Shown here in pieces: positions 17,180 through 25,658 of a DNA stretch of 25,658 nt. A program made the translations under genes and the position numbers. The DNA comes from Promethearchaeota archaeon (GTDB taxonomy: Archaea > Asgardarchaeota > Hermodarchaeia > Hermodarchaeales > Hermodarchaeaceae), in contig JBHLPR010000031.1 in NCBI GenBank assembly GCA_048939245.1, forward strand, positions 1 through 25,658, written 5' to 3'. Numbering within the stretch: the stretch's first letter is position 1; each line of letters begins with the position of its first letter. Under the pieces are notes generated by a model. That model was not told the origin of the DNA. It saw nothing but the letters and a program-made list of their open reading frames with translations, and ran no database searches.

Positions 17180-17644
17180 TTATAGCTGGATTTCGAGTTG
17201 ACACCCGTCATCTCCATACGACATACAACCCACTCGCTCGACACTTCGAATTGGCTGGTCGCACATTAGTGAGAAAAGCGTTGGGGAGTAGTTGTTGTGA
17301 AAGCAGTATCTTTCGCTGCCTGTGTTCCCACGTCTTGAAAAAATTCAATTGTGCTGTTCTCTCCTAATTTTCTGATTTAAGTGGAAATCAGCATATCCGA
17401 GAGTTGCCAATACTGACGAGGAGGAGTCGTGAGGATTAATGCGTTTTGGAGACAGTATCGTTGAGCTATTTTTCCTCGTTTACGGGATTTATTTGTGTCG
17501 ATGTGGCTTTCAGTGACTACACCTCAGGCGATGAGATCAATAAGGGCGTATCGGATAGCAGATTCACGAGTTCTAGATACGGTTGTTTCGGGTGTGGCCA
17601 TTTAGTGCTACTCCTTGCAGACAAGTAGCATAGAAGGGTATCAA
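17180..17644 (-). pseudogene. Decayed paralogue of the 12226-12948 SufR-like regulator
   Basis: Manual translation in three segments: LIPF...ALNGHTRNN; SAIRYALIDLIA*GVV...ALILTTPPRQYWQLSDMLIST*IRKLG...VGTQAAKDTA; FHNNYSPTLFSLMC...VERVGCMSYGDDGCQLEIQL*. These are collinear with the intact copy. Confidence 0.92.
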
Positions 17645-17787
17645 AAGGGATATTCTTTGAAACGATATTAAAAATCCGTGCCATTATAGTAACCTACCTT
17701 ACAGCCTTGTGTTGTGAATAGATTTACATAAGACAAAGCAAAGATTGTACAGGTACCTGTTGTGAACTAACAGGCTAAGACTACTCA

Positions 17788-18171
17788 GTGATTACGATGA
17801 AAGACCAAGATTCAAGTGTGGAGTACAGAAATGAAGCCGCAAAAATGCGGACGTTACTAGCTGCGATTCGAACCCTTGAAGCCATTCGACGGAGTAAGCT
17901 AGCCGTACTTCGAACTGGCATTAGTGTCTTAGCAATTTCAATAACGATTATCACTGTACTAATCTCTACCTCTGCATTTTGGGACCTGGCAACAGTAATG
18001 GTCTTGTTATGGTTTGTCACTATCCTCCTTGCTACTCTTCTGATTATTGGAGCTTTTCTTTTTTGGAGGGGGTTACGCGGCATGCGAGAAATTGATCGGC
18101 AACGATACAAGCTAGCTCTGGAAGTTGAAGCTACAGATCCGACTTACAAAGATATCTTCCATGAACACTAA
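17788..18171 (+). CDS. Small two-TM membrane protein, DUF202-like
   Basis: Repeated R-T-x-L-A-x-x-R motif ending LAVLRTG, then two hydrophobic helices. Start may be ATG 17797. Confidence 0.65.
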   Translation: MITMKDQDSSVEYRNEAAKMRTLLAAIRTLEAIRRSKLAVLRTGISVLAISITIITVLISTSAFWDLATVMVLLWFVTILLATLLIIGAFLFWRGLRGMREIDRQRYKLALEVEATDPTYKDIFHEH

Positions 18172-18189
18172 CACCATGGTAAAAGTAAA

Positions 18190-19476
18190 CTAGATTGAAT
18201 CTGCATTGAAAGCAAGAAATGGTGTTAGTAGTTCATCCTTTGTCAAGGAACCATGACTGCTCAAAAGTCCTAGCCAGGGAAGAAGCCCCACAGACTCGGT
18301 GGCAAAGTCCTCTCGTTCCACTCGAAGACTCACTCCACTTCGCGCAATAAGAAGAAGGTCGCCAAGCCTTTGAATTACTCTTCGGCTTACCGGTTTGGAA
18401 AGTAATTTACTCTGATTAAGTTCTTTGGGATCAAGAAGAATAGCTTTATCTTCAATTCGTTCATGAAGCCAGTTTGTCAGTTGACGGCGTTTAGATGCAG
18501 ATCGACAGTAGAAATGGGTTACACGGCCTGAATGACCAGGTGGTATCTTAAGTGTTCCGCGTATCTCGTCAAGATCTTCCTGGGGGATGGTGATTGAGCG
18601 TCCTTCTTGGAGAGGATTTTGTCCATGGTCAGAACACAGGATAATTGTAGTGGTCTTTGCTACTGAGCTTGGAAGTTGTTCAATAAAGGCACGAAGCTGT
18701 TGATAAAATATATTACATCCAGCTTTGTATTCGGTTGAGTAGGCACCATATTTGTGGGCAAGTGTATCGATGAGTGGAAAGTATAGAGTTGTGAATAGTG
18801 GAGAGGAGGGGTATTCATCGAGTACCCGCCTTACCATTCCAAACGCATCGATGAACCCGTTATATGTGAAGACATTCTTTTTCAGAATAAAGAACCGCCC
18901 TAGACCTGTACCGGGTATTTCACGTGGAAGTCCTTCCGCTTGAATTAGTTCAGGATGCCGCTTGTTTAACAGGTCTGGGATGCCAGGGGCCCAAAGTAAG
19001 GTCTTGACATCAATTCCAGTGGCTGCAATAGCATCGCGCCAGCGTGTTTTATCACCGGACATTTTCAAGGTATCGATAAGCGCATTATATTCTTTGAAAT
19101 AAATAACATGTCCGAGAATTCCATGTTCACTAGGGGGGAGTCCAAAATAAATACTGGGAATTGCAGCAGAGGTGATTGAAGGAAAGGTACTGCTGAGCGT
19201 TATTCCATTCAAATCTTCGAAGAAGGCTGAAAGCTTGGTTCCTTGGAAGTTTTGTATTCCTAAGCTGTCTACTATGCAGATAATGACATGTTCGGCATTC
19301 AATGAGTTATTGGATTCGAGATGTTTAGCCACACTCGGAACATCAAAAAGATCATCACGCGGAATAGGTACATTCATACAACCGAGTGCTGTAGGCAAGA
19401 TGCGGTAGATGTTTTGTTGATAATCTGGAACAAAAAGATCATCGGTGTCCCCCAAAGGTGTTAATTTTAGTGACAA
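18190..19476 (-). CDS. Alkaline phosphatase superfamily protein (nucleotide pyrophosphatase/phosphodiesterase-like)
   Basis: IVDSLG, STFPSIT (Thr nucleophile), D...H (DTLAH), SDHGQ and HGSLTKDE metal motifs. Confidence 0.88.
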   Translation of the reverse strand: MSLKLTPLGDTDDLFVPDYQQNIYRILPTALGCMNVPIPRDDLFDVPSVAKHLESNNSLNAEHVIICIVDSLGIQNFQGTKLSAFFEDLNGITLSSTFPSITSAAIPSIYFGLPPSEHGILGHVIYFKEYNALIDTLKMSGDKTRWRDAIAATGIDVKTLLWAPGIPDLLNKRHPELIQAEGLPREIPGTGLGRFFILKKNVFTYNGFIDAFGMVRRVLDEYPSSPLFTTLYFPLIDTLAHKYGAYSTEYKAGCNIFYQQLRAFIEQLPSSVAKTTTIILCSDHGQNPLQEGRSITIPQEDLDEIRGTLKIPPGHSGRVTHFYCRSASKRRQLTNWLHERIEDKAILLDPKELNQSKLLSKPVSRRVIQRLGDLLLIARSGVSLRVEREDFATESVGLLPWLGLLSSHGSLTKDELLTPFLAFNADSI

Positions 19477-19660
19477 TAAGAGTGCCTCAAATAGTTTGGA
19501 TAATTGGTAGAACCACTTTCGGGGGATTTAATGTTGTGGAAACGTTGATTATGGGAAAATTGGGGTTCTCCACCATTTTAGCTTGAGGGACGAAAGACTC
19601 TTTATTAGTTCTAGCACAGTTGTCTAGAATAGGAGTATACGGCACAGGGGAATACTGACC

Positions 19661-20560
19661 GTGATAAAAGGATTCGCAGTCTTCCGCATGGACCCGAAGA
19701 TTGGCCCCCAGCGCATTTACCAAAGTGATACCATAGAAGAAATTAGTCACCAAGAAGTTCTGGCAATTTTTGCTACCCATAACTTGTTTCGTGAAGGCTT
19801 TCGTGGAGTTCATGTAAGTAACCGAACCTGGGCAACCTATGTTTTTCCGCCATGGATCATAGCGCTCTTGTTAGGACCCGACGAACCGATTGGACCACTT
19901 CGAGAGCCGATGCAAAAAACTCTTCACGAAGGTAAATTAGGTGAAGAGCAGAAACCTGAAGACTGGAAGAATCTCTACCATGAACTTTTAGTGGAAATCC
20001 AAAGTTCTCCTGTAGCAGATTTGTTGACATCGAAAAAGACGACAGATTTCCTCAAGGAAATGATTGCGTTAGACATTCTGTTTTTTGACCCACATTTCAA
20101 CTTTGAGATTGGAACTACTTATCCTGCGGCGGACCATCTTACAAGCCTTAACAGTTATGATACCCGTCTCTTTTTAGAGAAGCTGACCTTAGCGGGTATT
20201 TTCACTAGCGAGCCGGTAATTGGTGTTACGCATTGTCCAATCTGTCTGGGTTTCAAAGTGGTTAGCCGTTTAGCTTGTCCGCAATGTAGCGTAACTGCTT
20301 TGGATGTCGTTCGATTTCCTGCGTCAAAGAAATCTGATTCAAAAACGGTTAATCCTGTTAAAAAGCCAGTGGAACTTTTCTATTCTTGTCTAACCTGTCA
20401 ACATACCACGAGCGAACCTGTTGTTACTCTGCTGTGTACCGAGTGCGGGTCTCAATTCCAACCTGATGAAGCGGCTTATCGCAATATGGACCGACTTGTC
20501 TTGAATAGACCTATTGCTGATTCCCTAATCAAAAAAGTCGAAGAAGGCAATTCAGATTAA
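19661..20560 (+). CDS. Putative longin/uDENN-like domain fused to a wHTH plus Zn-ribbon (TackOD1-like) region
   Basis: N-terminal beta-hairpin motif GFAVFRMDPKIGP. C-terminal YP...LEKL...GI then CPIC, CPQC, CLTC and CTEC. Confidence 0.65.
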   Translation: MIKGFAVFRMDPKIGPQRIYQSDTIEEISHQEVLAIFATHNLFREGFRGVHVSNRTWATYVFPPWIIALLLGPDEPIGPLREPMQKTLHEGKLGEEQKPEDWKNLYHELLVEIQSSPVADLLTSKKTTDFLKEMIALDILFFDPHFNFEIGTTYPAADHLTSLNSYDTRLFLEKLTLAGIFTSEPVIGVTHCPICLGFKVVSRLACPQCSVTALDVVRFPASKKSDSKTVNPVKKPVELFYSCLTCQHTTSEPVVTLLCTECGSQFQPDEAAYRNMDRLVLNRPIADSLIKKVEEGNSD

Positions 20561-21108
20561 ATGCGGTCCCAGGGTTTTCCTGCTTTTTCATATGAAGAAT
20601 AGATTTTCTTTGCAAGGGATTCGAAGACATCATCGACGTTATAATCGTCTTTAGCGCTACTTTCCAAGAAGTCCATTTTTAATTCCTTAGCTACATCTTT
20701 CCCTTCTTTTTCCTTAACAACTCGCTGTTCTTTCAAATCAGACTTACAGCCAACTAGCAGTAGGGGAATGCCTTCGCAGCGTTGATAGACTTGTTGCATC
20801 CAATGATCTATCCGATCAAAAGATTGTTGGTCTGTTACATCGTAGGCAATGATGGCGCCCGCAGCACCCTCGAAATATAAACCGCGAATAAAATCGAAGC
20901 GTTCTTGTCCACCCGTATCGTAGATAACGAGTTTGATATTTGTGTCATCCTTAAGTTTGATCTGTTTGGTGAAAAAGTCAACACCTAAGGTGAACAGGTA
21001 GCTTTCATCAAATTGACCAGTGGTATAACGACGGGCAAGGGAGGTTTTACCAACCCCTGCATCGCCAACAACTATGACTTTGTAGACAACTTCAGCGAGT
21101 TCTTCCAT
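20557..21108 (-). CDS. Rab-like small GTPase (Ras superfamily)
   Basis: G1 GDAGVGKTS, G2 TLGVDF, G3 DTGGQERF, G4 CKSD and G5 SSAK. GGTGA RBS. Confidence 0.95.
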   Translation of the reverse strand: MEELAEVVYKVIVVGDAGVGKTSLARRYTTGQFDESYLFTLGVDFFTKQIKLKDDTNIKLVIYDTGGQERFDFIRGLYFEGAAGAIIAYDVTDQQSFDRIDHWMQQVYQRCEGIPLLLVGCKSDLKEQRVVKEKEGKDVAKELKMDFLESSAKDDYNVDDVFESLAKKIYSSYEKAGKPWDRI

Positions 21109-21327
21109 CCGATTTTCACCCTCTGGATTCCTAATTTATCACTCACTGACATCCCTTTAAGTGCTTCGTGTTGAATTCTGACCAGGGGTTGAAGATTAGG
21201 GTATCTACAAAAATTTAAACAAGGAAAAAAGTTAGAAGAGACTTTTTTGGTTGGAAGCGAAAGTCCTTTTGGGGAAAAGGATGCAGTAGATGAGTTACAA
21301 TTTGTCATGTATACGAAGGCGTTGATT

Positions 21328-22638
21328 ATGCCCGAAGTTAATAATCAATTCAATTTATCGGTTGATCAATTACCCCGACGTTGGTACAATTTAGCCGCGG
21401 ACTTACCCGAGCCATTACCTCCACCCCAGGATCCAGAGGAGGGCCCCTCACGACTCGAGATGCTTCCAAAATTTTTGTTAAAAACCGCGCTTGAACAAGA
21501 AAATTCTACTGACCGTTGGATCGACATTCCGGATGGTATTCGAGAACTCTTCATTCAAGCAGGACGACCACGCCCCCTCATGCGGGCGCTGCGATTAGAG
21601 AAGGCGTTGAAACTACCCAAAGACATTCGTCTTTATTATAAACGGGAAGACCTCTCACCCACGGGATCACATAAAGTCAACACAGCCCTTGCTCAAACCT
21701 ATTACGCTGTAAAAGAAGGATATTCAGAAGTTACAACTGAAACCGGAGCTGGTCAGTGGGGTTCAGCCTTATCATATGCAGCGTCACTCAATGGTTTGAA
21801 ATGTCGAGTCTTCTGGGTCCGCGCGGCCTATCGTTGGAAACCCGGGCGCCGAACGCTTATGAATCTATTTGGATCTGATGTATTTGCCTCACCGAGTAAA
21901 GAAACCGAATTTGGCCGCAAACTGCTTAAACAGAACCCCAAACACATTGGAAGCTTGGGTATCGCAATTAGTGAAGGTATCGAAGATGCTTTGAGCCGTG
22001 ATGGAAGCATCTATTGTTTGGGCAGTGTTCTTAGCCACGTATTACTCCATCAAACTGTAATTGGGCTTGAAACTATTGAGCAATTCAAGATTGCTGAGGA
22101 TACCCCCACACTCCTTATAGGTTGTTTTGGTGGCGGAAGTAATTTTGGTGGGTTTAGCTTGCCTTTCATCGGTGAAGTACTCCAGGGTAAACGAGAGTGC
22201 ACCTTTTTGGCGGCACAGAGCGAAGCTTCACCCAATCTTGTAAAAGGCAAATATACCTACGATCATGGTGACCATGCAGGAATGACTCCATTATTGAAAA
22301 TGTATTCGCTGGGTCATGATGTGGAGATGCCTGAAATATGGGCTGAGGGGATTCGCTACTCTGGAGCCGCGCCTATCATGAGTGCGGTTCGTAATCTCGG
22401 CATGCTTGATGCTGTTGCGTATCCAGTTGATGAGGTGTATGTCTATTCTCAGGCCCGTCGGTTCATAAAATCTGAAGGATTCATCCCTGCACCCGAATCG
22501 TCTTATGGTGTGTGTGCTGCGATTGATAAGGCTCTTGAATTTAAAAAGAAAGGTGAGGAGGCAGTTATTGCCTTCAATGTTTCGGGACACGGATTCTTGG
22601 ATATGCAAGCCTTCGCGAAACCACTAAAAATTGAGTGA
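21328..22638 (+). CDS. trpB2: TrpB2-type (stand-alone tryptophan synthase beta-like) PLP enzyme
   Basis: PRRWYN, SPTGSHK, TETGAGQWGSAL, GSLGIAISE, GGGSNF, PAPES and SGHGFLD. ATG 21328 preferred. Confidence 0.88.
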   Translation: MPEVNNQFNLSVDQLPRRWYNLAADLPEPLPPPQDPEEGPSRLEMLPKFLLKTALEQENSTDRWIDIPDGIRELFIQAGRPRPLMRALRLEKALKLPKDIRLYYKREDLSPTGSHKVNTALAQTYYAVKEGYSEVTTETGAGQWGSALSYAASLNGLKCRVFWVRAAYRWKPGRRTLMNLFGSDVFASPSKETEFGRKLLKQNPKHIGSLGIAISEGIEDALSRDGSIYCLGSVLSHVLLHQTVIGLETIEQFKIAEDTPTLLIGCFGGGSNFGGFSLPFIGEVLQGKRECTFLAAQSEASPNLVKGKYTYDHGDHAGMTPLLKMYSLGHDVEMPEIWAEGIRYSGAAPIMSAVRNLGMLDAVAYPVDEVYVYSQARRFIKSEGFIPAPESSYGVCAAIDKALEFKKKGEEAVIAFNVSGHGFLDMQAFAKPLKIE

Positions 22639-22674
22639 TTATTTTTCGTGAACCAGTAGATAATATTGAAAAGA

Positions 22675-23079
22675 CTAATTTGACTCAGTCTGCTCAAGCT
22701 CATCGATCAATTCCTTGATTTTCAGCCCAAATTCCTCAATTTGGTCTCCCATATATTGGGAACGTTGAGGAAGCTCTATAAGTTGATCACCCAGTTCTTT
22801 CAAATCAAGATAATTGATTTCACTAATTCGAGGAGCTAGTGGATGGCTTCGTCTACGAAGGGTTTTTTCCATATCATCCATTCGAACTTGAACATCCAGC
22901 ATTATCGCGGCAGCTTTTCTGGCAGTCGACTTCTGACCAGCGAATTCACCATAGGGAAAGAAAAGGCGCCATACCACATTTCGACTCTTTGGCCGTGAAA
23001 TTTCATCTAATTCTTCAAGTGCTTTATTTAATAAGTCAATGATATAGCGTAATTGTTTGAGAATTAGGTTGTCTCCCAA
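22675..23079 (-). CDS. Hypothetical helical protein
   Basis: 134-aa ORF filling the gap, co-directional with the ABC operon, with amphipathic helical composition. Confidence 0.7.
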   Translation of the reverse strand: MGDNLILKQLRYIIDLLNKALEELDEISRPKSRNVVWRLFFPYGEFAGQKSTARKAAAIMLDVQVRMDDMEKTLRRRSHPLAPRISEINYLDLKELGDQLIELPQRSQYMGDQIEEFGLKIKELIDELEQTESN

Positions 23080-23112
23080 GGTGAAGTCCCAACCAACTTA
23101 AGATAATTGTTG

Positions 23113-24165
23113 TTAAGTTTTAGTCTTTTCTCTTAATGATGCTGCAGGGTCGAACTCAAGGCGGAGGGGAGGTCGTGGGAACCAACAGGACACCCAATGA
23201 CCAGGTTCTAGCTCTTCTAATGGGGGTTCTTCTTGGCGACATTTATCTTGAGCGAACTCACAACGAGGAGCAAATAAACAGCCTGGCGGTGTATTGATCG
23301 GGCTACCGGGTTCACCAGGGAGGACTTTACGTTTTCTTAGACTTGTTGGGTCCGGTGACGGAACTGCAGAAATCAATGCCTGACTATATGGATGGACGGA
23401 GCCATGAATTACCTGATCGATAGAACCTTTTTCCATGATTTTTCCGAGATACATGATGGCGATTTTATCGCCGATATAGCTTGCTACAGAAAGATCATGG
23501 GTCACGTATATGTAAGCGATATGAAATTCACGCCGAATCCTTTCGAGTAGATTCAGAATTTCAGAGCGAATGGACACATCAAGCATTGATACCGGTTCAT
23601 CTGCTACAATGAAGGAAGGATTCACTACAATAGCACGAGCAATAGCAACTCGTTGCCGTTGACCGCCACTGAGTTCGTGGGGATAACGGAACGTGAATTC
23701 TTCAGGTGGAACGAGTTGGACCGCCTTAAGGGCTCTTATGACTCGATCCTCTTCGTCCTCTCCAGATTCAGCAATCTTGTTAAGTCGTAAGGGTTCTGCA
23801 ATTGTATCATAGAGACTGAGTCGGGGATTTAAGGAAGAGTAGGGGTCTTGGAAAATCGTCTGCATTTTTGCACGAAGTCGCCGAAGCTCACGTCGACTAA
23901 TCTTATTGAGGTCATGCCCCTCAAACTCGACGACCCCCTCTGTGGGTTCAATCAGACCAACAAGAAGCTTACCAGTTGTAGTTTTGCCACACCCTGATTC
24001 TCCTGCAAGACAGTAAAGATCCTCAGGGTATACATCTAATTCAACGTTGTCGACCGCTTTAAGCCAAACTTCACCCCCAAGAAGCTGAGAGAAGAAGCCA
24101 GCACTCACGGGAAACCATTTACGAAGTCCCCGACAGGTTACAATTGGCTCTTTACTTTTGCTCAA
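23113..24165 (-). CDS. oppF: Oligopeptide/dipeptide ABC transporter ATPase (OppF/DppF-like)
   Basis: GESGCGKT, FQDPYSSLNP, LSGGQRQR, DEP, HPY and a C-terminal Cys motif. Confidence 0.93.
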   Translation of the reverse strand: MSKSKEPIVTCRGLRKWFPVSAGFFSQLLGGEVWLKAVDNVELDVYPEDLYCLAGESGCGKTTTGKLLVGLIEPTEGVVEFEGHDLNKISRRELRRLRAKMQTIFQDPYSSLNPRLSLYDTIAEPLRLNKIAESGEDEEDRVIRALKAVQLVPPEEFTFRYPHELSGGQRQRVAIARAIVVNPSFIVADEPVSMLDVSIRSEILNLLERIRREFHIAYIYVTHDLSVASYIGDKIAIMYLGKIMEKGSIDQVIHGSVHPYSQALISAVPSPDPTSLRKRKVLPGEPGSPINTPPGCLFAPRCEFAQDKCRQEEPPLEELEPGHWVSCWFPRPPLRLEFDPAASLREKTKT

Positions 24166-25169
24166 TCTTCACCCTCCTTTTTTCCAGGCGTCCAACTTTC
24201 ATCTGTAATCTTTCCAGAGGCAAGATGGCAGGCCGCCTTATGACCAGGGCTCACATCTATTAAATGTGGATCTTCAACTTTACAGAGATCTTGAGCATAC
24301 TTGCAGCGCGGGTGGAATCGGCAGCCAGGTGGTGGATTTAAGAGATTGGGAGGAGACCCAGGAATGGATGCAAGCGTTTGATCGCTTGAGCGTTCAATTG
24401 AAGGAATTGAAGCGATTAGTCCTTGGGCATAGGGATGCCAAGGATGTTGAAAGATTTCAAGTACTGAACCTGTTTCAACAATTTTCCCTGCATACATGAT
24501 AAAGACATTGCGACAGGTTTCTGCAACGACAGAAAGGTCATGGGTGATGAGCATGAGTGTGATTCCTAGCTCATCAGCAAGTCTTCGAAGCAGCTGCATG
24601 ATTTGTGCTTGCACTGTAACATCCAGAGCCGTTGTGGGTTCGTCGGCAATGAGGAATTTCGGATCACAAGCGAGAGCCATCACTATCATGGCACGTTGTT
24701 TCATTCCACCACTGAATTCAAAGGGATAGTGATTAACACGATCTGGGTCCATGCCTACTAGTTTGAATAGATCTCTTGTTTTTACCAATGCTTCCTCTTT
24801 ACTTAATTCTCTGTTATGTTTAAGCATGGCTTCTGTAATCTGATCACTCACTCGAAGAATAGGATTGAGAGCGTTCATGGCCCCTTGAAAGACCATAGCG
24901 ATTTTTGTCCAGCGAATATTTCGAATTTCCTCATCGGTCATGGCAGCGAGGTCGTCACCATCAAAGTAGATGTGTCCTCCCATAATTTCACCAGGCTCGG
25001 GTAACATGCCAAGAATGGCAAACGCTACCGTGCTTTTTCCACATCCGGATTCGCCAACGAGCCCAACGGAATCACCTGCTTCAATATTAAAGGTCACATC
25101 TTCGACGGCTTGGCAGTCACCGCGCCGCATACAATAGTATACGGTGAGATTTTCAACTTTTAATGACAT
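24162..25169 (-). CDS. oppD: Oligopeptide/dipeptide ABC transporter ATPase (OppD/DppD-like)
   Basis: [34 protein letters not shown] and GCRFHPRC. Confidence 0.94.
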   Translation of the reverse strand: MSLKVENLTVYYCMRRGDCQAVEDVTFNIEAGDSVGLVGESGCGKSTVAFAILGMLPEPGEIMGGHIYFDGDDLAAMTDEEIRNIRWTKIAMVFQGAMNALNPILRVSDQITEAMLKHNRELSKEEALVKTRDLFKLVGMDPDRVNHYPFEFSGGMKQRAMIVMALACDPKFLIADEPTTALDVTVQAQIMQLLRRLADELGITLMLITHDLSVVAETCRNVFIMYAGKIVETGSVLEIFQHPWHPYAQGLIASIPSIERSSDQTLASIPGSPPNLLNPPPGCRFHPRCKYAQDLCKVEDPHLIDVSPGHKAACHLASGKITDESWTPGKKEGED

Positions 25170-25181
25170 TACTAGCTTCTC

Positions 25182-25658
25182 CTACAATTTCCTAAGTCTA
25201 GGATTGAGTGCCTTATCCACAGCATACCCAATGAATACGAAGCCCATGGAGAGCAACGCAATACAGAATCCAGGCGGGAGAAAGAACCACCATGCAGGTG
25301 GAGTTTGCTGCATCGCCCCGCGGGCATAAGCTGCTTGGAGCATCCGGCCCCATGAAACTAAGTTCTGTGGAGTTAACCCAAGAAAGCTGAGGCCAGCTTC
25401 AGAGAGAATAGCCCCTGAAACACCAGTTGCGAGTTGGACAAAGACCAGCGTTAGCACATTTGGAAAAACATGACGAAAGATGAGGTATACATCTCCGGCA
25501 CCAGCAGCTTTTGCTGCTTCCACATAAGCTTTCTCTTTTTCAACTAATACTTGTGACCTAATTACTCTAGCGGGACCTGGCCACGCAAACAAAGCGATGA
25601 CAAAGACCGTAATCCCCAAGCTTGGCGACATCAACGCAGACAATATCATCATGATAGG
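25182..25658 (-). CDS. oppC: Oligopeptide ABC permease OppC/DppC-like (5' part outside the window)
   Basis: WPGPARVIRSQVL, YVEAAKAAGA (EAA loop), EAGLSFLGL, SWGRML and LNPRLR. Confidence 0.93.
   Translation of the reverse strand, partial: PIMMILSALMSPSLGITVFVIALFAWPGPARVIRSQVLVEKEKAYVEAAKAAGAGDVYLIFRHVFPNVLTLVFVQLATGVSGAILSEAGLSFLGLTPQNLVSWGRMLQAAYARGAMQQTPPAWWFFLPPGFCIALLSMGFVFIGYAVDKALNPRLRKL

Noticed and set aside
16256-17526. Selenocysteine recoding (TGA at 17526-17524 with the 16270-16311 hairpin as SECIS)
   Set aside because: The TGA aligns with Leu, not Cys. The same frame also has a TAA and deletions, and the hairpin is better explained as a terminator.
17143-17628. Plus-strand ORFs 17143-17367 and 17446-17628
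   Set aside because: They are antisense shadows of the minus-strand regulator pseudogene and have no recognisable motifs.
19477-19660. Possible ncRNA in the divergent intergenic region (TTCTAG...CTAGAA stem ~19609-19629)
   Set aside because: The stem is short with no recognisable family motif and is compatible with chance or promoter sequence.
20557-21108. Eukaryotic contamination as the source of the Rab-like gene
   Set aside because: It is intronless with an archaeal GGTGA RBS, has no prenylation motif, and its stop overlaps a neighbouring archaeal-type gene.
423-25329. Numerous 60-110 aa overlapping or antisense ORFs in the six-frame track (e.g. 1916-2230, 17781-18110, 19487-19813, 22291-22608)
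   Set aside because: They lie within or opposite well-supported genes and show no motifs.
1-25658. CRISPR arrays, tRNA/rRNA genes, transposases
   Set aside because: No regularly spaced repeats, cloverleaf or rRNA signatures, or transposase/integrase motifs were seen by eye.

Overview
This is an archaeal window of roughly 40% GC by eye, with GGTGA/GGAGG ribosome-binding sites and many GTG/TTG starts. It is probably from an Asgard-type lineage, inferred from a Rab-like GTPase and a longin/uDENN-like protein. Bases 431-12175 hold a 12-gene complex I-like operon (nuoA-B-C-D-H-I-J-K-M-L-M-N) with no nuoEFG and a second nuoM. Its NuoL lateral helix carries three tandem 26-27 aa units, about two more than canonical. 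NuoD keeps one hydrogenase/MBS-position Cys, and several proton-pathway residues are altered. Bases 12226-17644 form a redox/sulfur-like cluster: a SufR-like Cys-rich regulator, a stand-alone Lrp/AsnC domain, a gene remnant, an HdrD-like CCG Fe-S protein with a NarI/HdrE-like cytochrome b, and a DoxX/DoxD protein. A decayed second copy of the regulator, missed by the ORF track, lies at 17180-17644. The rest encodes a DUF202-like membrane protein, an alkaline-phosphatase-superfamily enzyme, a longin-like/Zn-ribbon fusion convergent with the Rab-like GTPase, a divergent TrpB2, a hypothetical protein and the end of an oligopeptide ABC transporter operon. The first ~150 nt are a GC-rich MFS transporter fragment. 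All family calls come from motif recognition; no database search was run.
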